Below are positions 50,330 to 62,121 of a DNA stretch of 64,000 nucleotides, piece by piece (position 1 is the first letter of the stretch; the number at the start of each line of letters is the position of its first letter). The notes under the pieces were generated by a model that saw nothing but the letters and a program-made list of their open reading frames with translations, was not told the origin of the DNA and searched no databases. This stretch comes from Mobula hypostoma (lineage: Eukaryota). Both the position numbers and the translations under genes were made by a program. Location: the NCBI RefSeq assembly GCF_963921235.1, contig NC_086111.1:58094001-58158000 (forward strand), in the 5' to 3' direction.

Positions 50330-51222
50330 ACATAGAAACATAGAAAACCTACAGCACAATACAGGCCCTTCGGCCCACAAAGTTGTGCTAAACATGTCCC
50401 TACCTTAGAAGTTACTAGGTTTACCTCTATTTTTCTACGCTCCATGTGCTTATCCAAAAGTCTCTTAAAAGACCCTATCATATCCGCCTCCACCACCGTT
50501 GCCAACAGCCCAGTTCACGCACTCACCACTCTGAGTAAAAACTGACCCCTGACATCTCCTCTGTACCTGCTTCCCAGCACCTTAAACCTGTGCCCTCTTG
50601 TGGCAACCATTTCAGCCCTGGGAAAAGGCCTCTGACTATCCACATGATCAATGCCTCTCATCATCTTATACACCTCTATCAGGTCACCTCTCAACATCCG
50701 CGGCTCCAAGGAGAAAAGGCCAAGTTCACTCAACATGTTTTCATAAGGCATGCTCCCCAATCCAGGCAACATCCTTGTAAATCTCCTCTGCACCCTTTCT
50801 ATGGCTTCCACATCCTTCCTGTAGTGAGGCGACCAGAACTGAGCACAGTACTCCAAGTGGGGTCTGACCAGGGTCCTATATAGCTGCAACATTACCTCTC
50901 GGCTCCTAAATTCAATTCCACGATTGATGAAGGCCAGTGCACCATATGCCTTCTTAACCACAGGGTCAACCTGCGCAGCTGCTTTGAGCGTCCTATGGAC
51001 TTGGACCCCAAGAACCCTCTGATCCTCCACACTGCCAAGAGTCTTACCATTAATACTATATTCTGCTGTCAAATTTGTTCCACCAAAATGAACCACTTCA
51101 CACTTATCTGGGTTGAACTCCATCTGCCACTTCTCAACCCAGTTTTGCATCCTATCAATGTCCTGCTGTAACCTCTGACAGCCCTCCACACTAACCACAA
51201 CACCTCCAACCTTTGTGTCATC
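50330..51222 (-). mobile_element. CR1/HER1 5'-truncated copy (RT thumb to 3' tail)
   Basis: Uninterrupted ORF 50515-51198 LQQDIDR..KWQMEFNPDKCEVVHFG..LVRPHLEYCAQFWSP..TRGHRFKV; begins at DDTKVGG; tail (tttctatg)2. Confidence 0.96.
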
Positions 51223-51234
51223 AAAGTAAAAATT

Positions 51235-51390
51235 GTATCACTGCGTTTAGGCGGGATTCTGACTTAGAGGCGTTCAGTCATAATCCTGCAGATGGTAGCT
51301 TCACACTATTGGCTCCTCAGCCAAGCACATACACCAAATGTCCGAATCTGTGGTTCCTCTCATACTGAGCAGGATTACTTTGGCAACAAC
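51235..51390 (-). pseudogene. 28S rRNA fragment (3' region of the LSU rRNA), about 156 nt pseudogene
   Basis: Minus strand GTTGTTGCC..GTAATCCTGCTCAGTA(T)GAGAGGAACC..GACATTTGGTGTATGTGCTTGGCTGAGGAGCCAAT..GAAGCTACCATCTG..GGATTATGACTGAACGCCTCTAAGTCAGAATCCCGCC; includes the sarcin-ricin loop with a CpG transition. Confidence 0.95.
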
Positions 51391-51409
51391 TGAAAATTCT
51401 AAGCTTTTT

Positions 51410-52195
51410 AGATTCATAGAATCTTAAAGCACAGGAAATTGCCCTTTGTCTATCATATTTATGCTGACCAATTATGCCTTGACAGTAATCCCATTTACTA
51501 TCTTTTCATCTTTTTTTTTGCATAGTAGGAAAATTAAAGGTTATGGGCAAAAGGCAGGTAAGTGGAGATGAGTCCATGGCCAGATCAGCCATGATCTTAT
51601 TAAATGGCAGAGCAGGTTCGACAGGTCAGATGACCAACTCATGCTCCCATTTCTTATGTTACCTTTTATGCCTCAACAATTTTAGTGTCCATCCATTCAC
51701 CTTTTAAATGTTGCAATAGCACTCACTTCCACCACTTGCTCAGATAGCGCATTCCTGGTTCCAACCACTCTTTAAGTAAAAGAAAAAGGTTCCTCAGATC
51801 CCTTATAAGTCTTTTGTCCCTTACCTTAAAAGCTAGTTTCTAACCACCTTCGTTATGGAGAAGTTTCCTGCCATTTATCCTATGTTCCTCATTTTTATAA
51901 TCCTTCACTCAAGTCCCCACACCCCCCAGGCTTGACATTAAGAAAAATAAACCCAGTCTATTAAGTCTCTCATTAGTGAAACTAACCCGCACAGCATTCT
52001 AGTGAATTGCCTTTGCATCCATTCCAGAGCAATCACACCTTCCAATAGTACATCAGCTAAAACTGCACACTATATTCCAACTGTGACCCAATGAATATTT
52101 GTTAAAACTGTACCATAAAGTCCCCACTCTAATATTCAATGCTCCAGCTAATGAAACCAAGAAAGACCATTTATCACCATGTTATCTACTTCCAC
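51410..52195 (-). mobile_element. Old CR1 3' fragment containing a short plus-strand CR1 tail (about 51520-51660)
   Basis: Antisense LEY.SG..LE.CVQF..VIALE.MQRQFTRML remnant at 51990-52140; atggcagagcaggttcgac..atgctcccatttcttatgtt plus-strand tail. Confidence 0.6.
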
Positions 52196-53859
52196 TGACA
52201 CGTCCTTATTTCACATCTCTTGGAACATCATGATCAATACATTAAGTTTTACAAGGTTTTAATAAAGGTTATACATGTGAAGCATACACATCAGTGATTT
52301 ATCTTCTGTAGTTCTATTATTAATAAGACATAATTATATTGCTGCCAAGCTTATTTTCTATAAAGCTATTAAATCACTAGGTTACAGAGTCATCTAATTA
52401 TATCAGATGCATTTAATTGGTTCCAAAATCTGAGCATCATTTTACAAGTACACCTATCATAGCACAAGAAATTCAATATTAAAAAATGCAGGATTCAGGT
52501 TTAATCTTGCGAAAACAAAGTAAATTAGCAGAGGGCAGAGAACAACAAGTTCCTGTTAGAGCCGACATGGGTCAGTACTGAATTCCATAGGGTTTTTAAA
52601 ATTTGTATGAATAACTTCAATTCCAAAATTGCTTCCAATTGATCAAAAACAAATTCTCCTTTACCTAAGAGTGATTAACAAACAGAAGGTAATTTCAGAT
52701 TAAGTTACTCATGAGAAACAGAATCCCTATGGAAAGTTTAGAATTAATATGGATGGAAAGACCTTTCTCATCAGAGAATCATTAGTGTAGAAGAACAGTT
52801 AGAAAGCGCTGGGTATGTGACCTTATATTGATTTTTATTCTCCTACACTCTACAGGAACTGTAAGTGTTCGACTTCATAACTTATTTGAAAATTTTGTCT
52901 TAGCTGAATGAAAGGAAATTTGTGACTCATTTATTTCAGCAAAAACAATTGGTTTCTACTTTAAAGCCAGGAAGTTTCTCTGCACAGCATTGCAACAATG
53001 GAGTAATTATATCAAATGCCTTTGGCTGCAATATTGAGATACCAGTATAACTGGTAAAGGATTCTGAAACAAAAGAAGCATATTGTGGTAAAATACAATT
53101 TCTGTCATACTCTGATATGGATTTTTTTTAAATTTTTGAACTGTTTCTCTATCCATTGTTGGTGACCAAGAGACGAATTCAAGAATACTGGAATTATTAT
53201 TTAAAATTAACAATTCCAGATTTTACATAAAATATAAGAAACAACAGAAGTTAGCCATTTGGCTCCTCCTGCCTACTCCTCCATTTACTGTTGATGTTTT
53301 ATACTGGTGCCTTTCTCCTAAACTCATCCTTTTTATTGATTCTTTGATATCTCAAAATCTATTGATCTCATCTCAAATGCACCTTCACTACCATCTTGCA
53401 CAGACTTCCACAGATCTCCTCCTCCTCCTTGGGTGAAGTTAATTCTCACGTCTGTCCTGAATGGCTAACTCCTTATTTTGAGATTGTGATTCCTGATTAC
53501 AGACACCATATCCAGCAGAAACGTTAACTCCACATTTACCCTGTCAAACCTCTTAATATTTCCATTAATATTCCCACTTTTGATTTGAATTTTGAGAAAA
53601 ATCAGGAAATTATCTTCCATTTTGAAGCTTAATGGTGCAAAAGACCTGACCTTTGGAAACTCCCATTTCCCGTAAAACCTGGCACTGCTCATTGTAACAG
53701 AGCAACACAACATCTTAAAATTTACGCTGATGCGACTTGAAATTTTTTTTTAAAAACACAGGTACAAAATCATTAATTATCCTCTTTTTTCGCAGAAGTT
53801 TGTTAAGTCAGCTCTCATTTTGCCTCGGAATATCCAATTTGATAGCAAATTAAAATCAA

Positions 53860-54750
53860 TAAACTGCAAGCGTTGAAAAATGTAAAATAAATATGAAAGT
53901 TGCTGAAATACTCAGAAGGTCTGGTAGCACCAGTGTAAAGAAAAACTGTTAACATTTCAGGTTGAAGATTTCCTCAGAAATGAAATCTCCCCTTTTGTCC
54001 TATCCATTCCTCCTCAACCTTCACTGCAATTTAAAACTAAATTGTTTCAGCTCCTTGGCAATTCAGTGTATTTCAATATTTTAATTCAGTGCAATTCAAT
54101 ATAAGACACTAGTCCGTCCAAAGCTTGAGTATTGCGCGGCCATATGGGATCCCCATCAAGCTGACAATAAGTCTATCAAAAAAATCCAACGCCGTGCTGT
54201 TTGCTTTGTATCAAATGATTACAGCAGGAAATCCAGTGTCACCAACATGCTCTCTAACCTTCAGCGGGAACCACTTGAAAACCCACATATTAAACTATGG
54301 TTAATTTTCATTTTCAAAGAAGTTCACATCACTCTATCAAACATCCAAATTTGTTACAGGGTCAGTTCAACTCGACAACAAAGTGTACCTCACATATTGG
54401 AAACTCCTTCATTCAATAAGATTTGCTACCAGTACTCCCTCTACCCAGATCAACAAGAGAGTGGAATCTTCTGCCGCCAGACCTGCGCAGTATTTCTGAC
54501 ATTAATATTTTTTAAAGATAGATTCAATCAAATTGATTTAAGGAATCCAGTCAAAAAAAGCTTACTTTACAATTTAACTCCCACGCCGTTCACACCGACT
54601 ACACATTATAACAGCCGTCCAGCAGTGCCTGTGCAGTACCATACAGAAGCAAGCAATACTGACAGAATCTTTAACCTGAAATATTAGCCCCGTTTCTCTT
54701 TCCACAGATGCTGTCTGAGCTACCAGTGTTTCCAGAGTTTTCTCTTCTTA
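53860..54750. mobile_element. Old inverted Penelope remnant split by a LINE insertion
   Basis: gctgaaatactcagaaggtctggtagcacc..aacatttcaggttgaaga on the left and aacctgaaatatt..ttccacagatgctgtctgagct..ttccagag on the right are mutually inverted. Confidence 0.6.
54100..54655 (+). mobile_element. CR1/L2-group LINE 3' fragment of a lineage distinct from HER1
   Basis: YKTLVRPKLEYCAAIWDPHQAD..SIKKIQRRAVCFVSNDYSRKSSVTNMLSNLQREPLE; YQYSLYP..EWNLLP (frameshifted); tail acagaagcaagca. Confidence 0.8.
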
Positions 54751-54844
54751 CATCCAATTTCACGTTTAAGCTTTGTTAACAGACCCTCACTAGTGTGAGT
54801 TGATGAACAGAAGACTACCCTGACTTCCACTAGGCTATCACAAC

Positions 54845-55010
54845 CATGAGAAAATCTGCAAATGCTGGAAATCCGAGCAACACACACAAAATGCTGGTGG
54901 AACTCAGCAGGCTAGGCACCATATACAGTATAGAAAAGAGTAAACAAGCCCTTAACCTCGACCGCTTACCGTTTCCTATAGATGCTGCCTGGCCTGCTCA
55001 GTTCTTCCAC
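54845..55010. mobile_element. Short fold-back Penelope remnant
   Basis: gagaaaatctgcaaatgctggaaatcc..gaactcagcaggctaggca followed by its inverse gatgctgcctggcctgctcagttcttcca. Confidence 0.75.
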
Positions 55011-55189
55011 TGGGTTACTCCCGGCAGATTTTGTATGTGAGATTTGTCTCCATTCTCTGGCATTACACAAGTATAAGATTATTGGCTTAAATGTGCAGTC
55101 ATTTTCTCATGAGTTCAGTTGAAGTCATGAGGAATAAAGGGATGGTCCATGTCAGAGCTGGTGGCGGGGAAGGAGGAGGCGTTGAGGAA

Positions 55190-56070
55190 TACATTTACCA
55201 TTGAATGTATTTACATGGAGCGCTGTCACAAGAAAGCAGCAATCAAAGACCCTGTCCATCCAGGCCACGCCCTCTTCTCACTACTTCCAATTGGCAGGAA
55301 GTGCAGAATCCTTAGGTGCCACATCACCGAGCTCAGGAACAGTTATTACCCAACAACCATGAGCCTCCTGAACTGGCATGGATAACTTCACTCACCACGA
55401 CTCTGCACTGATTCTACAGCCTACAGACTCACTTTCACCGATCTTAACAACTCAAGTTCTTAGTATTTTTATTTGCAGTTTGCCTTCTTTTGCACATTGG
55501 TCAGTCTTTATGTATAGTTTTTCATAAACTCCAGGAGGAGGAGAAAATGGTGGCGCGACACAGCGCGCGCGGCCGCTCTGAAATCATATCTGTATTTGTT
55601 AAGTAGGGTACCGTGCACAATTCTGATTTGATGGAGACGGACGTGAGAGCGTGGAGGAACATCTGGAGAAACTTCTGAAATGCCCGCTTCGCTACTGCAG
55701 CTACTGTGTGGTCCGGAATCTCCGGAGGAGTAGGCCTCTGAGTCCTCGGCTTTGCTTGTTTTGGTGGCCGGGATGAGGTCAAAGACGCTCGGCAGAGGAT
55801 GGCGCTCGGGAGGCTGTATCGGAGGGGCTGGTCGGAGGCTCGAAGTTTTCAGATGGATTGGTTTGTCCTGTTTTTGTGTGATAGCACTCTGGAGGAACAT
55901 TGTATCATTTCTTAATGCATGCATTTCTAAATGACAATAAATGAGGACTGAGTGTCCTCATAATCTAATTTAATCTATTTCTTTTTTCCATGTAAATGCC
56001 TGCAATTAAATGAATCTCAAGATAATATATGCTAACGTAAGAGTACTTTGATAATAACTTTATTTTGAAC
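55190..56070 (+). mobile_element. Rex1/Babar 3' end with a non-autonomous retroposon (about 55532-55975) inside its 3' UTR
   Basis: IECIYMERCHKKAA.IKDPVHPGHALFSLLP.GRKCRIL..RNSYYP; insert starts at CpG-rich gaaaatggtggcgcgacacagcgcgcgcggccgc and ends gacaataaatg..(aatct)n; Rex tail tttgataataactttattttgaact. Confidence 0.75.
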
Positions 56071-57869
56071 TGTCTTCTGTCAATTTTCAACAAAAAATTG
56101 CTCTTGCCTGCTCCTGCTGTCACTGGTGGGAGAAGAGGGAAGGACTGGCCTGAGACAAAGGAAACCTAAGCTTTCATTATGGAAATCGACGTTATTGAAG
56201 CTAGTAATAAAAAAAGTTGAACAAAATAATAAAAAGTCATAAATACCTCTACATTTTTCCTTCTACATTGTTAACAAGCGTTTATTAATGAAATTCTAGA
56301 ATCTGGCATGATTTGCATTCTATGTATGGGAGTTTAAAGTACCCTCAACAGGTTAATGTCCTTACTTTAGACTATATGTGGTACAAAATATTGCTTTTCT
56401 ACAAAGTTTAATGGATTCAAAGTTATTATTTGACCCCAGTCCCAGAGTTAAATTTAATTTTCTTTTATCAGCTGTTTGACAGGCTCTACAATGATGAAAT
56501 TAACAAGTCTTTGAGAGCACCTGATTAACACAGTATCATGTGAATACTGCAGGTCTGAGTTCTGCAAGAATGTGTTATGTGCCTGTCAGCATCAGAGAAA
56601 TTTTTAATCAGTAGCAGTGTCATGAATTGCTATCTTTTTGTAACAAAACGGGGTATTGCTTTAAGTGTGACATGCACGTTGCATTTTAAACCAGAGTGAG
56701 TGATTGCTCTTTCGAATAAACAAATCCAAGGCATGACATGATGAATGCACACTAATTACATGGGAAGACAAGGGCAAGTAGTTCACACATATTTGTCCCT
56801 TAGTTCTTGCATTAATATTTCAGATGAGTTTGTCGCCCTTCTGGTTCCCCTTCAGTATTGACTGCCTGCCTTTAAAAATTATAACTTAGCTGTGCTGTGT
56901 CATTGCTTCACCATCTTAACCTCAATCCTAAACAAGAGCCAAAGAGAGACCTTGTTCCACATAATATGTAATTATCATTATATTCAATTCCCTGCTGAGT
57001 GGCAGCCCATATTTCTGCTTACCCCTCCAGCCCTGCTAAAACGGAATGAATACAGATGCATGTAAGCCTCCCAAACTTCAAGTGACTTTAAAACTTTACA
57101 AATATTTTAATGACAGATTTATTAAGGTTTTAGTTGCCATATTGTACAGTACTTAAGTTTAGCTACTTTATATCAGATTGCTGAGAAAATATCTCTTAAG
57201 TATAACAAGAGACATGGATAGGTAAAATAACTGGAGTTTTTTCAATCAAATTTATTTATTCTGCTTCTCATGTTAAACTTGCATACTAACTGTATCAAAT
57301 TCTAAACCTTGCTAAGAATCTCTGTCATTAATTTCTTAATAATGTACCAAAATAAAACCATAGTAATTTAATTATACACAAATGTTCTTGTATAACATGC
57401 ATTTCTCAGTATTTAGTCCAGAGCAAAAGCAAAACGTTCCAGAAAACTATGGGCTGATTTTGCAAATCTTTATGACTCCTTCTTCAAAACAATGTGTTGT
57501 CAATATATGAAGCACCATTTGGAACAACGAACAAACACCTCGTCCAGATTAATGGTAATTACTGGCTGTATTTTGTTGAGTCGGATAAGGCCTCATGGAC
57601 TGTTGTCCAGATCTAATTTGTTGAACCGTCATTTCAATAAACAGATGTTTGGCAGCAATGTGAAAGAAAACTTGGCAAGTTTGTAAAACAACCAGGAAGT
57701 AAAATTCCTAAACCTTGGCTTTACTGTGAAGAGCTCAAATATCTATGTTCTAAGATAGGTAAGAAATATACAGTTCTGGTTCATTGAGGAAAACATACAA
57801 GTTCCTCTAGGACTTCAAGCATGTTCGGATGAGAAGATTTAAAATATATTATTTACAGTGTATGAATAA

Positions 57870-58005
57870 GGACACAGGGGATTCTGCAGGTGCCTGAAAT
57901 CCAGAGCAACACACACAAAATGCAGGAAGAGCTCAGCAGGTCAGGCAGCTTCTATGGAATTGAATAAATAGTCGACATTTCAGGTCAAAACCCTTCATCA
58001 GATCA
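57870..58005 (-). mobile_element. Penelope pseudo-LTR remnant with hammerhead-like core
   Basis: Minus strand at-CTGATGA-a-gggttttgacct-GAAAT-GTC-gact followed by gctgcctgacctgctgagctcttcc. Confidence 0.75.
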
Positions 58006-58739
58006 GGATTTACTTTTTCATTTGTAAAAAGCAATTACCAAGCATATTTGATAATGAATTAGATTATTTGCTTAAATAAGAGGCTGAATATCACCAATTT
58101 GTGATGTCAAAATTGGGTTAACGTGTACTTTAATCTTAATGGAGGGTTCAGTCATATTCTATGTTCATCAATGCTGACAGTGGTGATAAGCCTCATCATA
58201 TCAGTACTTGAGATCTTCATTGAACAGAAACTTCATTGGATCAGTCACATCAACAATGTGGTTGGCTCAAAGTAAGCATTCTGTGATGCAATGTCTGCTT
58301 ATCTAACTGTACTGCCATTTACAGCACTTAAGTCAGATTATGATGGAAGTAGCTCCATCAACGTACAAGATGCTCCAAACTATTCAAACAAGTAAATTGG
58401 CTGAATGTCAATTCACTTGCATTTTTGCATTATGCAGCTTTTACAAGTGACATTATTTATTGCAGGAACCCGTCTTTGGTTGTTTGACAGAAGCCCTCCT
58501 TGTGACCTCTGCCATGGGGATGCATGAGAACACAATGCCATGGGAACATGATATCTCCAAAATCCCCACAAAGTCACGTTTGATTCTATCTCAAAATTAT
58601 ACCCCAAGTTTAAATTGTTCAGTGTGGACTAGATGGGCTGAAGGGTCTGTTTCTGAGCTGTACTTTTCCACGACTCTATTACAAGTGTCCTGCCCATTAT
58701 GGTCATGCTGACTTTTTAACATTATTATCCCGTTGATCT

Positions 58740-59200
58740 CGTTATATCTCTTAACTTTACTCATTTCTGGTCACTGCTGCTGAAACCCTCATTTATAGCT
58801 TTTTGATCCTTACAGATCACCATCTCCCATTCTACTGTGCATAAATTTGACCAGCCAAATTTCAGCCTCTGCTTCCTAATCCATACAAAGTCCATTTTGC
58901 CCATCATTCCAATGCAAGCTGGGCACAGCGCCTCCCGGTTGAACAGCCTCAGAGGTAAGATCGCCATCCTTGTTCAAACTCCTTCCACAGTCAAATCTCT
59001 CCTTCCCTCTATAATACCTTCTGGTCCTGTAATACATATACTGGGATAGCTGTACCCTTTCAATTGTAGCTTTTAAATGATCCCCTAATTTAACCATTAC
59101 ATCATTGATGACTGTCTTCAACAGCTTCTCTCTAGAATTCCCTTCCTAAGCCTCTTCATTCATCCTTTAAATCACTCCTTTAAAACCCATCTTCAGTTGC
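58740..59200 (+). mobile_element. Ancient L2 LINE 3' fragment
   Basis: AAETLIYSF remnant, cccatcattcca..ctcccggttgaacagcctc..atccttgttcaaactccttccac (LP..KI.ILV.KS.H-like) and cctttaaatcactcctttaaaacccatctt. Confidence 0.6.
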
Positions 59201-60436
59201 TGTAATATATATTTTGGTGTCAAATGTTAAGTCCATTTTAAAACACTCTGAGTCCCACCATTTTGAACAAAACCAACTCATTGCTCCTCATAAATTCAAT
59301 AAAGAGTTCAGAACGAATAAGACACAGGAAAATTGAAGGTGATAGCATGGATGTGAACTCTGTTCAGTTCTCTGTAACAGTGAGGTCCACGCCAGCTTCA
59401 GGGCAGCTTCCTGTAATGTAGTAATGTACAAGAAAGCTCATTTCCAACGTTGATAAAGAGAAGCCCAAGAAAGGTCATCGCCCTGAATTGCGGTCAGTTA
59501 CCTTCTCTGAGGATGCTGCCTGACCTGCTGGGTACCTCCAGGACTTTCTCCTTTTATGTCAAGAGGGCAAATAAAATTGGCATCCCAGGAGAGAAGAAAA
59601 ATGTTTCCATAAAATGTAAATGAAATTCCAGAGGGCTGTTGTAAATTGGGATATCATTATAGTATTGTACATATGGTACTGCAGTACTTCTGCCATGCAA
59701 GAGTTAATATGTCTTGGAACGGAAATGTCAGAAATGCATTCACCCTGTACTTCTCAAGCTGAACCTTTTTTGTACCAACAATGAAACCTATTCATCATTG
59801 TGTCAAAGAAAAAACCTGGGAAACAAAAGATTGTTGCTTAAATTCAGTATTTTGCATCAAGATTTGTCTTTGAGGAAAATGACAAATGCTTTATTAATAT
59901 CAAATGTTCAAATTGCGTGTTTTTTTTAAAACGATGCTATTGCCTTTAAGGGAGATGAGTTGTCCTACTAGCAGATCCAAATCCATAGGTACAGTTTTCC
60001 ACATATAGATGTAAGTATGCTTCTAATTTTCTCTTTATCCTTCCCCCTTAAAATGCTAAAAAAAAAATCAATACAATCACCAGAGACTGGAGTCAAAAAA
60101 CAGAATCTGTTACACATATGTCCCAAAATGATTGAACTGTGATTCAATTTGTACCGCTATCCAAAGTGCTAAAAGACAAAAACTGATCTGTAGAGATAGG
60201 AGCAGTCATCTCATGACCACTTTTCAATACCTCCAACAGAGCGTACATACATGCAAATATTGTCAACGGAAAATGAGACAAAATGCAGCATTTGGAATGA
60301 ATCAACTGTTATTCAACACCTCAGTTTACTTTGAAACATCAGGAATCAGAAACGGCTGTATGCAGCCTACCATCATGTATACATCTATCCATACTATAGA
60401 GTTGACATTTCATCTCTATGCAGACATCTGTGAAGT

Positions 60437-60517
60437 CAGGGGTTAACCAACCTTTCTTATGCCCTGGAGCCTTACCATTAACCGAGGGGTCTGAGGACCC
60501 CGGGTTGGGAACCCCTG
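60437..60517. mobile_element. Tiny (81 bp) hAT/Charlie-type MITE
   Basis: Ends CAGGGGTTAACCAACC / GGTTGGGAACCCCTG; a partial inverted copy lies at about 62070-62122, cut by a CR1 tail. Confidence 0.7.
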
Positions 60518-60599
60518 CTGGAGATCAACTGACACGTGAATAAAAATCACTGCTGTGAGCAGAACAACGATTTTACACCAACCGGTTCAACATGATTCA

Positions 60600-60941
60600 T
60601 AGTAAAGATTTAAAGATCAGCTTTACTTGTCACATATACATCAAAATTTCAAAACACACAGTGAAATGTGTCATTTTCATCAAATCGTATCAGCGAGAGC
60701 TGTGCTGGGAGCACCCCACAACTATGTCATGTTTCCACTGCCAGTATAGTATGGCCACAACTTATTAACCCTAACTGTACATCTTTGGAATGTGGGAAGA
60801 AACCGAAGCTGTCAGAGGAAACCCACACGGTGACAGGGAAAATGTACAAACTCCTTACAGTCAACAGAGGGGACTGAACCCCAATCAGTGATCACTGGTG
60901 CTGTTAAATTATTATGCTAATCACTATGATACCGTGCTGCC
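60600..60941 (-). mobile_element. tRNA-derived V-SINE with a Rex/Babar-like tail
   Basis: Minus strand head ggcagcacggtatcatagtgattagc..ggggttcagtccc; V-core ctgtaaggagtttgtacatt..gtgtgggtttcctct..cccacattccaaag; tail tttcactgtgtg..tgtgacaagtaaagctgatcttt. Confidence 0.75.
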
Positions 60942-60948
60942 TTATTAA

Positions 60949-61433
60949 ACATAGAACATAGAATAGTACAGCACAGTACAGGCCCTTCGGCCCACAATGT
61001 TGTGCCGACCCTCAAACCCTGCCTCCCATATAAGCCCCCACCTTAGATTCCTCCATATACCTGTCTAGTAGTCTCTTAAACTTCACTAGTGTATCTGCCT
61101 CCACCACTGACTCAGGCAGTGCATTCCACACACCAACCACTCTCTGAGTAAAAACCCTTCCTCTAATATCCCCCTTGAACTTCCCACCCCTTACCTTAAA
61201 GCCATGCCCTCTTGTATTGAGCAGTGGTGCCCTGGGGAAGAGGCACTGTCTATCCACTCTATCTATTCCTCTTATTATCTTGTACACCTCTATCATGTCT
61301 CCTCTCATCCTCCTTCTCTCCAAAGAGTAAAGCCCTAGCTCCATTAATCTCTGATCATAATGCATACTTTCTAAACCAGGCAGCATCCTGGTAAATCTCC
61401 TCTGTACCCTTTCCAATGCTTCCACATCCTTCC
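60949..61433 (-). mobile_element. CR1/HER1 3' end
   Basis: ORF 61012-61425 EALERVQRRFTRMLPGL..TRGHGFKVRG..RVVGVWNALP; tail (ttctatg)2. Confidence 0.95.
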
Positions 61434-62121
61434 TTAAAGATAAATGATTCTGAAAGGTAGAGTTTCCACCAACTACAGAGAGGCAAAGATGGGATTTTAT
61501 ATCACGTTATTCAATTGGAAGAAAGGAGAAACATTGTCCAAGAAGCAAAATGACAAATTTAGGGCTAATGAAGGTCAATCCAAAACACTATTGTTATTGA
61601 CACTTTTGCCTACCCTGTTCATAAATCTTTGGGGAAGGTTTAGGCTGCGGACAACTACTGATTATCTTTCTCGTCAGCTTCAGGTGAGGACAAATGGTAC
61701 AGACAAGCTAATAACACTTGGCACTATGCTATTATGCGCGTGTTAATTACCAACTAGGTGACAGAAATAAAAAATTATGTGCATTAATTTATTTGAAAAT
61801 TAGAAGATATTAATCAATAACATGTAGAAACTAAGTGCTAGAAGTGTTGCATTGAATAAACTATTTGGAATACATGAATAATGCATATTTTTGTATATTA
61901 ACCTATACAAGTAAGTGTACATCAAAGGTACTATAGATTTCCATGACAGTGTAGGTTTTTGTTTTATACTTCTGCAATTTTCATATTGTTTCACTAATCA
62001 TTCATTTACATTTGCATATCTGTAAGCCATCTGGTTCTAAAGTAATTAAACTACTAGATTGTCACTAGACTGGGGGTTCCCAACCTGGCATCTACAACCC
62101 CTTGGTTAATGGTAGGGGTCC

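Noticed and set aside
51235-51390. Functional rRNA gene or rDNA array
   Set aside because: Only about 156 nt, no flanking rDNA, and CpG-type substitutions including one in the invariant sarcin-ricin loop.
50310-51410. TSD around the 28S-CR1 unit
   Set aside because: The best match (ctgtaa vs ctgaaa) is too short and imperfect to count.
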